Shown: positions 48,078 through 56,956, numbered from the stretch's first letter. The stretch is 64,000 bases of DNA from Candidatus Bathyarchaeota archaeon (GCA_005888745.1 VBBS01000027.1:55045-119044); one strand, 5' to 3'. The notes: generated from the letters alone by a model not told the origin. Program-made: numbers and translations.

Positions 48078-49235
48078 GTCTTAGGCCGCATCGGAATCGT
48101 TGGAGTTGGACATTCAAAGTTCGGAAAAAGGAGCGACGCCTCCCTCCGAGAGCTAGCATTCGAAGCGTACAGTTCCGCCCTAGATGACGCCGACATCGAC
48201 TCTTCAAAAATAGACGGTTCAATAGTTTGCTCCGCCACTCACTACGACAAGCAACGATCGCCTGCAGGTGTTGTTGCGGAATATCTCGGACTCAATCCCC
48301 AACCAACATTCAACGTTGAGGCAGCCTGCGCCTCCAGCGCTGTTGGCCTTCGGACCGCGTGGGCGCTTGTCTCATCAAAACTTCATGATGTGGTGGCCGT
48401 TGTGGGGGTGCAGAAGATGACCGAACTCTCCTCGGAGGAGATCCAGGAGCTCATGGGCAGAGCAGGGGACGTCATGTGGGAGTCTCCCTTCGGAACAACA
48501 ATGCCCGCATACTACGCCTCCTATGCTAACGCCCACATGGCCAAGTACGGAACTACAGAGGAACAAATGGCGCTCGTGTCGGTGAAGAACCGAAAATACG
48601 GATCCAAGAATCCTAACGCCATGTTTCAAAAACCCATCCAATTGGAAGAGGTCCTAAAATCGCGAATGGTATCTTATCCTCTAAAACTATACGATTGCTG
48701 CGCCAATGCTGACGGGGCGGCATGTCTGCTCATTACTAGTGCCGAAAAAGCAAAGAAAATTTCTGATAGACCCGTATGGATCTCCGGGCTTGGCCTGGCT
48801 TCGAGTCCCATGTCGCTTGCTGGAAGAAAAGGTCCATTGACGAGTTTCGATGCCACAAGAAATGCGGCGAGAACGGCATACGAAATGGCCAATATCAAAC
48901 CACACGACGTACATGTGGCGGAGGTTCATGACTCTTTCTCGGTAACAGAAATCATCAATTATGAAGACCTCGGATTCGCACGACCTGGAAGGGGTGCTAA
49001 GCTTCTGGAAAACCAAGGCACGGAGCTCGGCGGGAGAATCCCCGTCAACATCGACGGAGGCTTGATTTCCAAAGGCCATCCAGTCGGAGCCACAGGCGCG
49101 TCCCAGATCTTCGCATTGGTCAAACAACTACGGGGGGAAGCGGGTAGCGTTCAGGTCGACGGCGCTAAGATTGGTCTCGCACAGAACATAGGGGGAATAG
49201 GAATGTACTGCTCCGTTACGATCTTGCGCTCATGA
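48078..49235 (+). CDS. thiolase (SCP-x-type acetyl-CoA C-acyltransferase)
   Basis: Thiolase N-terminal domain (GRIGIVGVGHSKFG...AACASSAVGL active Cys) is in frame with the called ORF 48390..49235. The frame opens at 48063, and there is no ATG, GTG or TTG before 48390. Start position uncertain. Confidence 0.75.
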   Translation, partial: VLGRIGIVGVGHSKFGKRSDASLRELAFEAYSSALDDADIDSSKIDGSIVCSATHYDKQRSPAGVVAEYLGLNPQPTFNVEAACASSAVGLRTAWALVSSKLHDVVAVVGVQKMTELSSEEIQELMGRAGDVMWESPFGTTMPAYYASYANAHMAKYGTTEEQMALVSVKNRKYGSKNPNAMFQKPIQLEEVLKSRMVSYPLKLYDCCANADGAACLLITSAEKAKKISDRPVWISGLGLASSPMSLAGRKGPLTSFDATRNAARTAYEMANIKPHDVHVAEVHDSFSVTEIINYEDLGFARPGRGAKLLENQGTELGGRIPVNIDGGLISKGHPVGATGASQIFALVKQLRGEAGSVQVDGAKIGLAQNIGGIGMYCSVTILRS

Positions 49236-49281
49236 GTACATTCTCCAAGCTCTATGACGAAAAGCGAGGGCGAATCTAGGA

Positions 49282-50208
49282 TTGCAGGTGGACATTCAAG
49301 AGTTGACCCCCATTCAAAGCTTCGGCAGAAGAATTCGAGCCTATGATAAAGCCACACGCCTCGCAAAGGAAGGTCGCCCTGTCACTGAAATCTCGAAAGA
49401 GACGGGAACGCCTGACGCTACCATCAGGGGATGGCTCGTAAACGGTCGAAAACCTTGGACCCGCTGCGAACTCTTCAAACCAACGTACTCTGATCAATTA
49501 ACATATGTTATCGGTGTTTACATGGGAGACGGCTCGATTTCCCGATGGAGAAATCGTTTTTTACTGCGATTAGATGTCAAAGACAAAGAATTCGCCGATA
49601 AGTTTTCTTCAACATGCGCACATGTTCTGGGTAGGAAACCATATTCTGTGAGGCATGTCAGGGATAGGGACACATACGAGACTATCATTTCAAACGCGTC
49701 TTTCTGCAAGTTCCTCAACCGAGGCCTCACCCACCTGGATCGGTATGTACGGGAGCATCCCTCTGGCTTTGTTAGAGGTTTAGCTGATAGCGATGAGTGC
49801 CCCACTGTGACAACAACAAAAAAGCGGGGCAAACCCTGGTTCTTCGTCCAAGTTGTAGTAGCAACATCCAAGAGCATACGCTTACTGAGCTATACTCGGA
49901 CGATCCTGAGGGAATGCCTCGGACTCAAAGCGACGCTAGTGTACAAAGGCAAGCCAAGACCCAGTGTGTTCAAGAACAAGTTGCTCCGTTCAAGAAAGAG
50001 GGTCTTTGACCTTAGGATATCGCGCTTTGGTGACGTGAAACGATTCTCCCGGGTTGTTGGTTTCGAATTGGCTCGGAAACAAGAGAAGCTTGCCGCTGCT
50101 ATCTTCGTCCGTGAAGGATTTGGTTCTGGTCAGGATGCGGTGAAAGAGTGGACCCGTCGCTGGGAGCATGGCACCACTGAGTGGATTCTCAAGAAAGGAG
50201 TGGACTAG
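49282..50208 (+). CDS. free-standing LAGLIDADG homing endonuclease with N-terminal HTH
   Basis: Motif 1 YVIGVYMGDGSI and motif 2 FVRGLADSDECP. TTG start. Lies between the thiolase and DUF35 genes. Confidence 0.8.
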   Translation: MQVDIQELTPIQSFGRRIRAYDKATRLAKEGRPVTEISKETGTPDATIRGWLVNGRKPWTRCELFKPTYSDQLTYVIGVYMGDGSISRWRNRFLLRLDVKDKEFADKFSSTCAHVLGRKPYSVRHVRDRDTYETIISNASFCKFLNRGLTHLDRYVREHPSGFVRGLADSDECPTVTTTKKRGKPWFFVQVVVATSKSIRLLSYTRTILRECLGLKATLVYKGKPRPSVFKNKLLRSRKRVFDLRISRFGDVKRFSRVVGFELARKQEKLAAAIFVREGFGSGQDAVKEWTRRWEHGTTEWILKKGVD

Positions 50209-50211
50209 GCA

Positions 50212-50620
50212 ATTGGGTTTTGAAAAGTTCGGGAGATTTGGTTATGTCTCCCAGACCAAGATCAACCCCTTGTTATCCTATCTGGAAAAGGGGCAGATTG
50301 CCGCGACCAAGTGCAAGAAGTGCGGGAGAACGTACTTTCCACCAAGAGCCGAGTGCCTGGACTGCCGCCACAGTACGATAGAATGGGTTGTAGTGGACGG
50401 GAGGAGCAAACTGATCACATTCACCCAGGTTTTCTTCGCACCACCCGCCTTTCAGCACGAAACCCCGTACATGCTAGGACTTGCGGAACTCACGAATGGG
50501 CTTCGCGTATTCGCGCCTGTCAGTCCTGCAGTGGAAAAGGAGCAACTCAAACCGGGCGTCGAGCTGACCTTGAAGGTTGCAAAAGGCTCACGTGACAACT
50601 TGTACTACTGGCTCGAATGA
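50212..50620 (+). CDS. DUF35 OB-fold/zinc-ribbon protein (thiolase partner)
   Basis: CKKCGRTYFPPRAECLDC ribbon plus OB-fold. The ORF track starts at ATG 50168 inside the endonuclease gene. TTG 50212 with an upstream AAAGGAG gives the typical ~135-aa DUF35 length. Confidence 0.7.
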
Positions 50621-50645
50621 AGAACATGTGAATCGTCTTTCGGAG

Positions 50646-51509
50646 CTATTCGAGCCGCGGTAATCGGAGATCATCGCCCGCTGTTCGATAGCCGAGCTTG
50701 AGGGCCAATGGTGGGCGTCTCTTGTGCTCTGACTTCAACCAGCGTTCTCGAACTCTCCTGACTAGTGCCAGCTTCAAGCTCGTTTCATCCACTATCTCTT
50801 CTGGTGTCATCCATCTTTCAAGGCCCCAAAGAATCCTGTCCAGCTTCTCATAGCTGAGGCCTAATTCTTTCTCCGCTGTCTGACCTGGCCATAGCTCAGG
50901 GCTAGAAGCTTTCACGCGAATCCTCTCCGGTATGTTCAAGTGTCTGGCCAGGTTCCGGACTGATGTCTTGTAGAGATCTGCGAGGGGGAGTATGTCGCAG
51001 GCTCCATCGCCAAACTTTGTGAAGTAGCCTAGCATAATCTCACTCTTATCGCCAGTTCCCACGACGAGACCGTGCTCCGTGTTAGCATAATAGTAGAGGA
51101 CTATTGCGCGAAGCCGCGCCTTGACGTTTCCCCAAGGAATTCCCTTCGCGCTCTTTGCGTCTAGAGCGTTTCGAGAGGTTTTGACAATGGGCGTAATGTC
51201 AATTAGCTTGAAGCCTATTCTATGCTTCAACGCCACAAGTCTCGCATCTTCCACGGCCTGATCATTCCTCGTCTCATTCTCCGGCAGAGTTATCCCAAGA
51301 ACCCGCCTGCCCCCGACCGCGCGGGCGCATAGCGCCGCGGCAACACTAGAATCTAGACCACCAGACATGCCAAGGACGAGGCAGCGTGCACCGGCTTCTT
51401 CCAGGTGAGTCGTAAGAAATCGTTCAAGCCGACTTACTGTTTCCTCTGGGTCCCGAATGGCGAAAGGATCCTCGCCGTATCTAGAGGACATGGTGTCCTC
51501 GACTTTCAA
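50646..51509 (-). CDS. nadE: NH3-dependent NAD+ synthetase
   Basis: PP-loop SGGLDSS motif. Confidence 0.9.
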   Translation of the reverse strand: MKVEDTMSSRYGEDPFAIRDPEETVSRLERFLTTHLEEAGARCLVLGMSGGLDSSVAAALCARAVGGRRVLGITLPENETRNDQAVEDARLVALKHRIGFKLIDITPIVKTSRNALDAKSAKGIPWGNVKARLRAIVLYYYANTEHGLVVGTGDKSEIMLGYFTKFGDGACDILPLADLYKTSVRNLARHLNIPERIRVKASSPELWPGQTAEKELGLSYEKLDRILWGLERWMTPEEIVDETSLKLALVRRVRERWLKSEHKRRPPLALKLGYRTAGDDLRLPRLE

Positions 51510-51537
51510 GCCAGTGTAATAAGCCGAGAGTCCTTGT

Positions 51538-52797
51538 CTAGCTGATGATGCGTGAGCCGCGATCTTCTGAGGCGAGGTTCTTGAACAATGGCAGCATCCT
51601 GTCCATCGTCACCCAGCGCTCACTCGCGAACGAAGCCTCGCTCGCCGCTTCCTGAACAATATTCTTCAAGTCCCGAGGCGTCACAACGTACTGCTCGCGA
51701 ACTGTAACCCCTCGTTCAGGGATCGATGCTTCGTACAATTGTTTCCTAGACCTAATCGTCCTCCAGATATCCGCGAAGGCCTCGTCAGTCAATCCTCCAC
51801 GATAGTTCGAGACTGACGGATCCAGCTCTACCTTGGAGCAGTAAAAGTCCAATAATCTCTTGACTTCATCCATCGACCTTGGAGGCGGAACATAGATGAT
51901 CCGCTTGATCCGATCCAGAAGCGCTTGATCTATGACACTGGGATAGTTGGTGGCGAATATCACGGACACGTTTCTGTTAACGTGGAAGCCTTCTCCGAGC
52001 TCTGTAAGAATCTGGTTAAGCATTCCCTGAACATCCCTTCCCGCGTCAGTCGTCGCTTCCATCCTCGCGCGTCCAATAGCATCAGCCTCATCTATGAAGA
52101 GAACTGTAGGAGCAGATTCTCGCGCGAGCTTGAAGACCTCCTTGACGTTCTTCGCAGACTCGCCCAGCCATTTTGACACTATCTCGTAGCTCTCTATTTT
52201 GAGGAAGCTTGTCTCCTGACCCCTCTGCCCGATCGTCCCCGCAACAGCCTTCGCCATGTACGTCTTCCCAGTCCCGGGTGGACCGAAGAGAAGTATCGAC
52301 CCGGCTTCTTCAAGCATCCGTGGGTCTCGGATGATCTGCTCGCGTCGAGCTCGGACCTGAGGATCAAGTATCCACTCGACCGCCTGCCGCAGGCTGTGCA
52401 GCTCTTTTTCGAGGCCAACGACGTCTTCATAGAAGACCTTGGGCGACTTTTCCACCTGATATTCTAAGAGTGAACGCTCGCGTAAACGGTCAATCACGTC
52501 GACAATGACTCCCTTCGTCGGAGAGAGAACCGCGTCCACGTCGGTGGACACTTTTTCCCTTATCTCGGGAGGGATGCTAACCTGAAACGCTTGGCCGCCT
52601 GATAGCCGAACCAGCGCCATATCCCCCTTGACATCTTCTATGGTCCCGATGGGACGCATACCTTGCTTGAGCTCTTCCATCAGGTTGTGGTATCTGCGGA
52701 GCTCGGTCTGGAGATACTCTATCTGTCTCTCCTTTCTTGTCAGTTCTCTTTCGAGGTCAAGTGCAGGAGGATATTCTGGCGAGTTCTGCTCGGCCAT
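51538..52797 (-). CDS. pan: PAN-like AAA+ ATPase (proteasome-activating nucleotidase family)
   Basis: N-terminal coiled coil, OB segment (IGTIEDVKGDMALVRLSGGQAFQV), Walker A GPPGTGKT, Walker B LFIDEAD. The C-terminus ends ...RIIS, with no HbYX. Confidence 0.8.
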   Translation of the reverse strand: MAEQNSPEYPPALDLERELTRKERQIEYLQTELRRYHNLMEELKQGMRPIGTIEDVKGDMALVRLSGGQAFQVSIPPEIREKVSTDVDAVLSPTKGVIVDVIDRLRERSLLEYQVEKSPKVFYEDVVGLEKELHSLRQAVEWILDPQVRARREQIIRDPRMLEEAGSILLFGPPGTGKTYMAKAVAGTIGQRGQETSFLKIESYEIVSKWLGESAKNVKEVFKLARESAPTVLFIDEADAIGRARMEATTDAGRDVQGMLNQILTELGEGFHVNRNVSVIFATNYPSVIDQALLDRIKRIIYVPPPRSMDEVKRLLDFYCSKVELDPSVSNYRGGLTDEAFADIWRTIRSRKQLYEASIPERGVTVREQYVVTPRDLKNIVQEAASEASFASERWVTMDRMLPLFKNLASEDRGSRIIS

Positions 52798-52990
52798 GCA
52801 GCTTCTGAACTATGATACCCGTTCGGGGAATAAATAGATATGGGCTTGCCCGAGCTGCCAACTTTGTGGTCTTTCACGTAGAGACCGAGTTCGAGACTCA
52901 ACAAAGTCCCGTTTTCAAGAACTCGAGAATGGCGAACAGTTCGAGAAAAAAGTGATTGATCTATTGCAATGAATCGAGAACGCGGTCCGG

Positions 52991-53758
52991 CTAGGTGCCA
53001 ACCATCGTGCCCATGCTCGGTCTCTTTCGCAAGAACCCGAACCGCGGAAGCTGAAGCTGAATCCCTATCCCGTTTATGATATCGAACCGTACGAGCCGCG
53101 GTATAATCTGGCGACGATCCATTTTCCTGACGAGCAAGTATCGACGTAGCACCTGGTGCTCTTCTACCATTCGCAGTTCTACCACGCCGTCCACGAGACT
53201 CTCGACCTTGTGAAACAGTTCCGGCTGGACACTGCCCGTTGAGAGGGTGGCTATCATTTTTCCTCCCACCTTCTTGACTTTCGCGGCAATACTCTGGATG
53301 AAACTGACGGCATGTTTCGGCTCAGCTTCGCTAAAGATCGGCATCAACGAGTCAAGTATGATGGTCACCTGGTGATTGCCCATCTTTTCCATTACGGAGG
53401 TCAAATGAATGCTGACATTGGTCAGGTCGAATGGTTGAGGAACCACTCCCTCGGTAACTCCAGCGGTTGCAGAGTAACAATCAATGATGCCAAGTTTGTT
53501 GAGCAACTGGTACTTCCTCGGGTCCCAGCCAAACTGGCTCATTCTCTCGAGAATGTTCGAAGGAAACGTGTCGTATGTGACTATGATACAGGGTCTCGAT
53601 CTCTGAAGCTCCTCGTAGAGGATCTGTTGTGCAAGAGTCGTCTTTCCACTACCTGGGTCGCCTGTGATCAGCACAGACGAGGAATCGGGCAGACTGCCCC
53701 CTATGAGCGCGTAAAATCCCTTGAAGGGCGCGGACCTAGTCTCCAGTTGTGAGTTCAC
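52991..53758 (-). CDS. KaiC-like / RecA-superfamily ATPase (single domain)
   Basis: Walker A ITGDPGSGKTT and KaiC-like layout. Confidence 0.8.
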   Translation of the reverse strand: MNSQLETRSAPFKGFYALIGGSLPDSSSVLITGDPGSGKTTLAQQILYEELQRSRPCIIVTYDTFPSNILERMSQFGWDPRKYQLLNKLGIIDCYSATAGVTEGVVPQPFDLTNVSIHLTSVMEKMGNHQVTIILDSLMPIFSEAEPKHAVSFIQSIAAKVKKVGGKMIATLSTGSVQPELFHKVESLVDGVVELRMVEEHQVLRRYLLVRKMDRRQIIPRLVRFDIINGIGIQLQLPRFGFLRKRPSMGTMVGT

Positions 53759-54336
53759 CTAAGGCAAGCTAAACGTCGAAAGCTACTATTTTCCAACAGG
53801 ACCGTTCAGGCGTATGAATGGGAATTGTAACCTATCCATCCATCAAGGAGTGACCGAGCTCGTGAGGCAGCGAGAAAGCGCCCCCGCAGAACGTCGAATA
53901 AGTCAATAATGCTGAAGTGTGTCGCAAGAGGGCACTGCGAAAGGCTCGGACTGGGAACTTCGACTAGTCTAGCTGGCCTTCAAAATGGCTCGTTTCGACC
54001 CTTAGACGGAAATGAAGCTCCAGCAGATTCATCAACGTCGCAATCTCGTCGAGGTCTTCGGCATTGTCCATCCGCCTGAGGGGTTTCCCCTTTCAAGCCA
54101 CCGACGCATACGATTTCCAATCAGCTGCCGCTAGCACAGGGATTATGGTTCTGCTTAGTTTTGGTTGGATAGTTGTTGTTGGCTTGTTGACTTAGCTTGC
54201 CTCCATCGTCATCAGGGAGAGTGACCTAACCCCTCTCAATCCGACGAAGAGTTAACAGTGCCTCATTTTCTCATGCATTGTTCTCTACCAACACGAAATT
54301 ACGTGAACGGAAGACAGAAAAAAGGAGATGATCGAA

Positions 54337-55353
54337 CTAAATCTTTGGAGGCGGTAGCGGCCTTCGCACCTTGATCGCCAAAAGAATTAGGAAAAGCGCC
54401 ACACCGAAGATCGTCAATAATACGATTGCTGAGACGACAGGAGCAGAAGAAGTACCACCCGCATTCAGTGTTACGGTGCTGACCGGAGCGACTGAAGCAT
54501 CTTCCGACCATGTTCCCTGGTCTTGACCCTGGTAGAGAACGTGCGCTGAATAGGGTCCGATTGGAATATCGCCGAGTTGAACTGTTCCCTGACTGTCGGT
54601 CGTGAAAGTTCTGCTTGTTGCGTTGGCGAAGGTGATTGTTACCGATGCGCCCTGAATCGGACTGTTCAGCTTGTCGACAACTTTGACGGACGCCGGGTAC
54701 GCGCTCACCCCGACAATGGCAGAGGCTGAACCCAAGGCGAGGTCAAGGGGTACTGGGGCAGGCAGAGCTCCTTGGTAGCCTTCCCAGGTCGCCGAAGTAA
54801 CCGTCCAAGAAGTCGCGGCCAGCCACTGGCCAGAATAGGACGAGGTTGTAACACTCGAACCTGCACTCGACAATACGACAGACGTTGGACTCGGAACGAG
54901 TGATTGCCCTGCAGCATCTTTGAAGGTCAACGTATACTGGAACTGCTTATCGAACTTGGCGGTGAAGGGTCCTCCATCCAATGATCCTGTGTAATTGTAG
55001 AGCATGATCGGAGTCTGCATCATCAGAGTGGGGGTCCACTGCAAACTGGAACGGACCCATTCGTTCCATACATAACGTGCTCCTGAGGACGCTGACAAGG
55101 TTGTGTTCAGAACGGTAAGAGTATGTCGACTATTGTTTGCGAATGAGAACGTGTGTGGTAGAGGATAAACTAAGCCAGTATTGTTGTCGAGCTCAACGTA
55201 CACTGTTCCATCCGCACCAGGCACGGTTGTGTCTGCTTTGAGAAGACAGCTTGTGATGCACCCGCTGGTCGCATGAACATCTGCCAGGAAGAGCGGGACA
55301 ACCATGATTGAAAGTGCCAGAATCAGCAATGAGGCACGAGCCGTCTTCCTCAA
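54337..55353 (-). CDS. cell-surface protein with signal peptide and C-terminal TM anchor
   Basis: N-terminal hydrophobic signal segment, Thr/Ser-rich beta-rich body, C-terminal TM followed by a basic tail. Confidence 0.55.
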   Translation of the reverse strand: MRKTARASLLILALSIMVVPLFLADVHATSGCITSCLLKADTTVPGADGTVYVELDNNTGLVYPLPHTFSFANNSRHTLTVLNTTLSASSGARYVWNEWVRSSLQWTPTLMMQTPIMLYNYTGSLDGGPFTAKFDKQFQYTLTFKDAAGQSLVPSPTSVVLSSAGSSVTTSSYSGQWLAATSWTVTSATWEGYQGALPAPVPLDLALGSASAIVGVSAYPASVKVVDKLNSPIQGASVTITFANATSRTFTTDSQGTVQLGDIPIGPYSAHVLYQGQDQGTWSEDASVAPVSTVTLNAGGTSSAPVVSAIVLLTIFGVALFLILLAIKVRRPLPPPKI

Positions 55354-55643
55354 CAGAGATGCTCACTAACGGTTGAGGAAATTGGAACTCTATGCCTTAG
55401 GACATCTTTAACCACAGTCAATCGGTGTAGGGAACAACCAGGCTTTTGAATTGAACTCATTGGGAAGCCGGTCTAAACGGTGCTCGCACGAGAAATGCAT
55501 AGTGCAATCCACATAGTGGAGCCGTTCTTGAGCCTCAACTCTTACATTGAGCATCCTTCTCCCGGATTCCCGGTCCTACGGATAGTGATGTTTCTCCGGA
55601 CATTCGAAGACTTCTAGCTCCGACCGGAATAGAAAGTTACATA

Positions 55644-56051
55644 TTGTGGCAGGCGTATGACAAGTCAGCTTTGGAACTTGGAGATCTCGAGGCAGCTGTC
55701 CTCGGGACAGTTGTTCGGCTTGGCAACGCTTCTGCCCGCCAAGTCGCTCAGGACCTGCATGCTACCCGTGGACTCGCATACACTACAATCAGTACAACGC
55801 TGGATCGTCTTTACAGGAAGGGGATCTTGGCCCGTGATGAGGCTGTTGGCAGAGGAGGGTCCAGATACGTGTATCGCCTTCACTCCGAGGACAAGGTCAA
55901 GGGTCGAGTCGTGAAAGGATTCGTTGACAGGTTGCTCACAGCCTTTGGACCCAGCATTATCTCGACGTTGCATGACTACATGGATGAGATTCCAAAGGAG
56001 GACCTGAAGAAGCTGGAAGAAAGAGTTCGTAGGGAGTCCGGGCAACGATAA
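55644..56051 (+). CDS. BlaI/MecI/CopY-family winged-helix repressor
   Basis: ARQVAQDL...LAYTTISTTLDRLYRKGILAR matches the penicillinase-repressor family pattern. TTG start. Confidence 0.7.
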   Translation: MWQAYDKSALELGDLEAAVLGTVVRLGNASARQVAQDLHATRGLAYTTISTTLDRLYRKGILARDEAVGRGGSRYVYRLHSEDKVKGRVVKGFVDRLLTAFGPSIISTLHDYMDEIPKEDLKKLEERVRRESGQR

Positions 56052-56956
56052 GCCTGGAACTGTACTCGCTCTACTTCCTTTCGACAGCTACCCTGGGAAT
56101 TGTAGCAACAGTTCTGATAGTCCAAATTGCTTCCTATATCGCCTACCGATCAAGTGTGGGAAATCCCTCTCGCAGATCCAGCCTCCTATATCCGATACTA
56201 TCCTCTTCTGTTTTCTTCTGGTCGTTTCTTGGAACTAGCCTTGTAGTGTGCACGCTCTTCCTCAATATGTACGAGTGGCAATCACAACGAGTGATAAGAC
56301 TCGTGTTTGGAAGTTCGCTGGTAGCATCTATCGGAATCTCCTCTCTCATGTCCCTTATTGCTCGAAGATACGCGTTCCCTAGAATGCTTGGGGGAATGAT
56401 CGCAGGAACATTCTCGAGCTCTAGACTGAGCGAAACATGTGCGGAGCTATGCAACAAGATGGGTATCAAAGGAGTCGACCTTAGAGAAGCTAGGGTGGGA
56501 AACGCGTTTTCTTTGGACAATGGGAGTTGGAAGGTCGTTGCCGTATCTCCCGAGCTGGTGAGTTCCATGTCACCGGCGGAAGTCGAGGCGGTCATTGCTC
56601 ACGAGATCTCTCACTTGAAGAACAAGGATTCTCGAGAGAAGGGACTTGCAAGGCTGGCTAAACTGGCCTTCGTTTTTGACCCCGTGCTGCATCTTGTTGA
56701 GGCTGCGGTCCACAGAGAACGTGAACTCCTCGCCGACCAGTTGTCAGTGGAATACACTCAGAAGCCGTTGGCACTCGCATCAGCTTTGCTGAAGGTTCAT
56801 TCAGCCTTCCACGCCCCATTGCCTGGGCCTGGAGCCGGATTGTTTGTAGGTCGAAAGACAAGAGGTCTCTTGAGCAGGTATCCCGACCTTGATCGAAGAG
56901 TCCAGCTGCTAATTGACATGGACCGAGAGATGAAGACTCAGACGATCCCCGCCTGA
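56045..56956 (+). CDS. M48/M56-family zinc metallopeptidase (HtpX/BlaR1-like), membrane
   Basis: HEISH (HExxH) and downstream ELLAD (ExxAD) zinc-ligand motifs. The N-terminal TM helix (ISLELYSLYFLSTATLGIVATVLIVQIASYIAY) lies upstream of the called GTG 56156, in frame back to ACG 56045, which overlaps the blaI-like stop (ACGATAA). Confidence 0.7.
   Translation, partial: TISLELYSLYFLSTATLGIVATVLIVQIASYIAYRSSVGNPSRRSSLLYPILSSSVFFWSFLGTSLVVCTLFLNMYEWQSQRVIRLVFGSSLVASIGISSLMSLIARRYAFPRMLGGMIAGTFSSSRLSETCAELCNKMGIKGVDLREARVGNAFSLDNGSWKVVAVSPELVSSMSPAEVEAVIAHEISHLKNKDSREKGLARLAKLAFVFDPVLHLVEAAVHRERELLADQLSVEYTQKPLALASALLKVHSAFHAPLPGPGAGLFVGRKTRGLLSRYPDLDRRVQLLIDMDREMKTQTIPA

Noticed and set aside
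50168-50211. ATG 50168 as the DUF35 start
   Set aside because: It lies inside the homing-endonuclease coding sequence and gives an atypically long N-terminus. TTG 50212, with an upstream AAAGGAG, is preferred, though not proven.
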